From contig CAWJEN010000005.1 of NCBI GenBank assembly GCA_963841915.1, positions 832,001 to 896,000 of the forward strand: a stretch of DNA of 64,000 nucleotides, given 5' to 3'. The DNA is from an uncultured Planctomycetota bacterium. Lineage in GTDB: Bacteria > Planctomycetota > Phycisphaerae > Tepidisphaerales > Tepidisphaeraceae. Numbering within the stretch: the first letter of the stretch is position 1; every line of letters begins with the position of its first letter. The notes under the pieces were generated by a model. It saw only the letters and a list, made by a program, of their open reading frames with translations, did no database searches and was not told where the DNA came from. Both the position numbers and the translations under genes were made by a program. Positions 61,539-64,000 of this stretch are shown piece by piece.

Positions 61539-61580
61539 CCTTACGTGTGGTAGTCGGCGCCTTACGTGTGGTAGTCGGCG
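61539..61580. repeat. Perfect 21-bp tandem duplication of the argJ 3' end
   Basis: CCTTACGTGTGGTAGTCGGCG x2. Confidence 0.9.
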
Positions 61581-62806
61581 TTGATCGTGATGTACTCGCG
61601 TGACAAGTCACACGTGTAAACGTGGGCCGCAGCAGAGCCACTGGCAGCATCGAAGATGATCTCGACGTCACGCGCCTTCATCTGCTCCGACAACGCAGCG
61701 GCATCGAAAGCCAGTGGCAACCCGCCTGCGTAGACGGGTGTGCCGCAGATCGACAGGCGACATGCATCAGGGTCGAGTGCCAAGCTGTCCCGCGCCGCGG
61801 CCTTGCCGGCGATGCTGACGACGCGGCCCCAATTCGGGTCGTTGCCGTGCAATGCCGTCTTGACCAGCGGACTCTCGGCAATGGCCATGGCCATCGCAGC
61901 TGCTTCACCCTCGGTCGCTGCGCCGGCCACGCGGACAGTGACTGCCTTTGTCGCCCCCTCACCGTCTTGGGCGATCTGATACGCCAGTCGGTCGCAGACA
62001 AGCGTCAGCGCCTCTTCAAATTGATCGGCATTGGCATCGTCAACGGTCGCGTCACTGGCGCCGCTGGCGAGAACGAGCAGCGTGTCGTTCGTGCTGGCGT
62101 GCCCATCGATCGTGGTGCGGTTGAACGTGCGATTCGCAGCCCGAGCAACGATCGGGCGAAGAAGGGTTGCGTCGATGGCGGCATCAGTCGTGATGTACGC
62201 GAGCATCGTCGCCTGCGGGCCGGCATGGTCGACGCCGAGCATCGGGCCGATCATGCCGCTGCCTTTGCAGACGCCTGCGATGACGACTTCTTGGTCATCG
62301 AGTTGTAACAACGTCGCCGCCTGTTTGGGGACGAGGTCAGTCGTCAAGATCGCGCGGCCGAACGCGGCCGCGTGATCGGCCGTCGTGCCGAGATGCTCGT
62401 GCGCCAACGCAACGCCGGTTAGGAGCTTGGGCATGTCGAGGTGGTGACCGATGATGCCCGTCGAACTTGGCAGCACCTGGCGCTCGTCGCACCGCACGAG
62501 CTCACTGACGTGACGGCAGGTGTCGCGGGCGTCCCGCTCGCCGCGGTCTCCGGTGCAGGCGTTGGCGTTGCCGCTGTTGACAACCACAGCGCGGAGCAAG
62601 CCGTCGGCAAGGTGGTCGCGACCGACGGTGATGCTGGGCGAGACGATGCGATTTCGACTGAACGCCGCGACGGCGACGGCGGGGCGATCGGTCGTGCAGA
62701 CGAGCAGGCCGACATCGAGCTTGCCGCTCTTCTTGAGCCCGGCGGCCACACCGCTGGCAGTGAACCCGGCGGGGCTGAGCAGGTGCAGGTTCTCATCAGG
62801 ATTCAC
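61562..62806 (-). CDS. argJ: Ornithine acetyltransferase / N-acetylglutamate synthase
   Basis: NSGNANA, STGIIG, KGSGMI, ATML, STND, DGEGATK, DPNWGR and INADYHT. Confidence 0.95.
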   Translation of the reverse strand: MNPDENLHLLSPAGFTASGVAAGLKKSGKLDVGLLVCTTDRPAVAVAAFSRNRIVSPSITVGRDHLADGLLRAVVVNSGNANACTGDRGERDARDTCRHVSELVRCDERQVLPSSTGIIGHHLDMPKLLTGVALAHEHLGTTADHAAAFGRAILTTDLVPKQAATLLQLDDQEVVIAGVCKGSGMIGPMLGVDHAGPQATMLAYITTDAAIDATLLRPIVARAANRTFNRTTIDGHASTNDTLLVLASGASDATVDDANADQFEEALTLVCDRLAYQIAQDGEGATKAVTVRVAGAATEGEAAAMAMAIAESPLVKTALHGNDPNWGRVVSIAGKAAARDSLALDPDACRLSICGTPVYAGGLPLAFDAAALSEQMKARDVEIIFDAASGSAAAHVYTCDLSREYITINADYHT

Positions 62807-62907
62807 GCCGAAAGCCTACGACAAGACCGCAACCAGAACTTTGGCCGCCGCGCCCTGGCGTGCGACTTCGAGACATGAAGCAGCCTGTCGGGTCGTACCG
62901 TGTGTCA

Positions 62908-63966
62908 ATGCCGCGTGTGTTGCTGTTTGTGACCGATCTGGAAGTCGGGGGCACCCCCACGGTGGTGCGAGAGCTGGCGCGACGTTTGCCGGGTAACGGG
63001 TTCGAGGTCGGCGTCGCATGCTTGGCGCGGCAGGGGCCGACAGGTACGGCCATCGAAGCCGACGGTGGCGACGTCACCGCATTCGGCACGCGACTGCTGC
63101 AACTGCCCACTGCCGTGAAGCGGCTTCGCCGACTGGTTCTTGACGAGCGGTACGACACCGTGCTCAGCCTGCTCGTGCATGCAAACGTCGTCGCGTCGCT
63201 GGCGCGGCAAGCGGATGACGGTGTGCATTGGTGGCAGTCGATTCAGACCACGCAACCGCGGCCGCGATGGCATTGGCTCGCCCAACGATTCGCAGCAAGG
63301 CGGGCAGCGGGGATCATCGTGCCAAGCTCCAGCGTGGCGGCCGCCGCGGCGCATCGCAGCGGGATCGACATGAGCCAGCTTCACGTCATCGCCAACGGCA
63401 TCGATCAGCGTGACATTGCAACGACGCCGCGACCGGTGACAAGCGGGCCGCTGCGTGTCGTCTTCCTCGGCAGGCTCGACCCGGTGAAGCGGGTTCCAAT
63501 GTTGATGGCTGCGGTGCAAGACACGCAGGGCGTCACGCTCGACATCTTCGGCGACGGATCGGAACGACAACAGATCGAAGCGTCGACAAGCGACCGCATT
63601 CGCCTGCACGGCACGACGCCGCGAGACCAGGCGTTAGCGAGTGCCGACGTGCTCGTGCTGCCGAGCGAGGCTGAGGGATTTGGGCTCGTGCTGATCGAAG
63701 CGATGGCCGCCGGCGTGCCGGTGGCGGGGGCCGACGTGCCTGGCATCTGCGACGTGATCCGCCAAGGCCAAACCGGGCTGCTGTTCACGCCGGCGACACT
63801 GCGGCAGACGCTGGAGACGTTGCGTGATGATCGCGTCGCCTCGCAAGCTCGCGCAGCGATGGCGTTAGCGGATGTTCGCGAGCGGTTCACGTGGCAGGCA
63901 CTCGTGCCTCAGTACCGTCGGATGCTCGGCGGAACGACTTTGCCCTTGCGGGCCACGAAGAAGTAA
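62908..63966 (+). CDS. Glycosyltransferase family 4
   Basis: GRLDPVK and PSEAEGFGLVLIEAMAAG. Confidence 0.9.
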   Translation: MPRVLLFVTDLEVGGTPTVVRELARRLPGNGFEVGVACLARQGPTGTAIEADGGDVTAFGTRLLQLPTAVKRLRRLVLDERYDTVLSLLVHANVVASLARQADDGVHWWQSIQTTQPRPRWHWLAQRFAARRAAGIIVPSSSVAAAAAHRSGIDMSQLHVIANGIDQRDIATTPRPVTSGPLRVVFLGRLDPVKRVPMLMAAVQDTQGVTLDIFGDGSERQQIEASTSDRIRLHGTTPRDQALASADVLVLPSEAEGFGLVLIEAMAAGVPVAGADVPGICDVIRQGQTGLLFTPATLRQTLETLRDDRVASQARAAMALADVRERFTWQALVPQYRRMLGGTTLPLRATKK

Positions 63967-64000
63967 ATCACAAAGCCCAGCGGCACGAAGATAATGACCA
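63909..64000 (-). CDS. Possible 3' end of a small membrane protein entering from beyond the window
   Basis: VIIFVPLGFVIYFFVARKGK...RY*, resembling PLDc_N-type hairpins; overlaps the end of the glycosyltransferase gene. Confidence 0.35.
   Translation of the reverse strand, partial: VIIFVPLGFVIYFFVARKGKVVPPSIRRY

Overview
High-GC bacterial chromosomal window, most likely from a Planctomycetota (Phycisphaerae-like) genome. That is an inference from the ECF sigma factor with a long C-terminal extension, the PTTQPATQ linker, BatA/DUF58 genes and the dispersed nuo/arg/thi genes. It is probably origin-proximal: parB is flanked by six perfect parS palindromes. Core content: purH, nuoD, nuoE, fabF, argH, argJ, mreB/mreC, thiS/thiG, ilvB with an Ile/Leu/Val leader peptide, rsmE, mlaE, addAB, two tandem peptide ABC modules without ATPases, and a hydroxyproline catabolic operon with a prolidase. 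Most interesting items: (1) an intact, host-like three-gene phage head module (SPP1-type portal, small ORF, SU10/DUF5309-type major capsid protein) among core genes, with no terminase, tail, integrase or lysis gene in the window, making it a candidate domesticated capsid or GTA-like system; (2) an integrase-free cassette-like array after thiG, where the thiG 3' end recurs three times, each time followed by a different orphan ORF and REP sequence; (3) AddAB with degenerate nuclease motifs in both subunits; (4) patches of A/T-ending synonymous codons inside argH and purH. Frameshifts in purH, fabF and argH all fall in the first 9.3 kb and may be assembly errors. All product calls come from motif recognition; no database searches were run.
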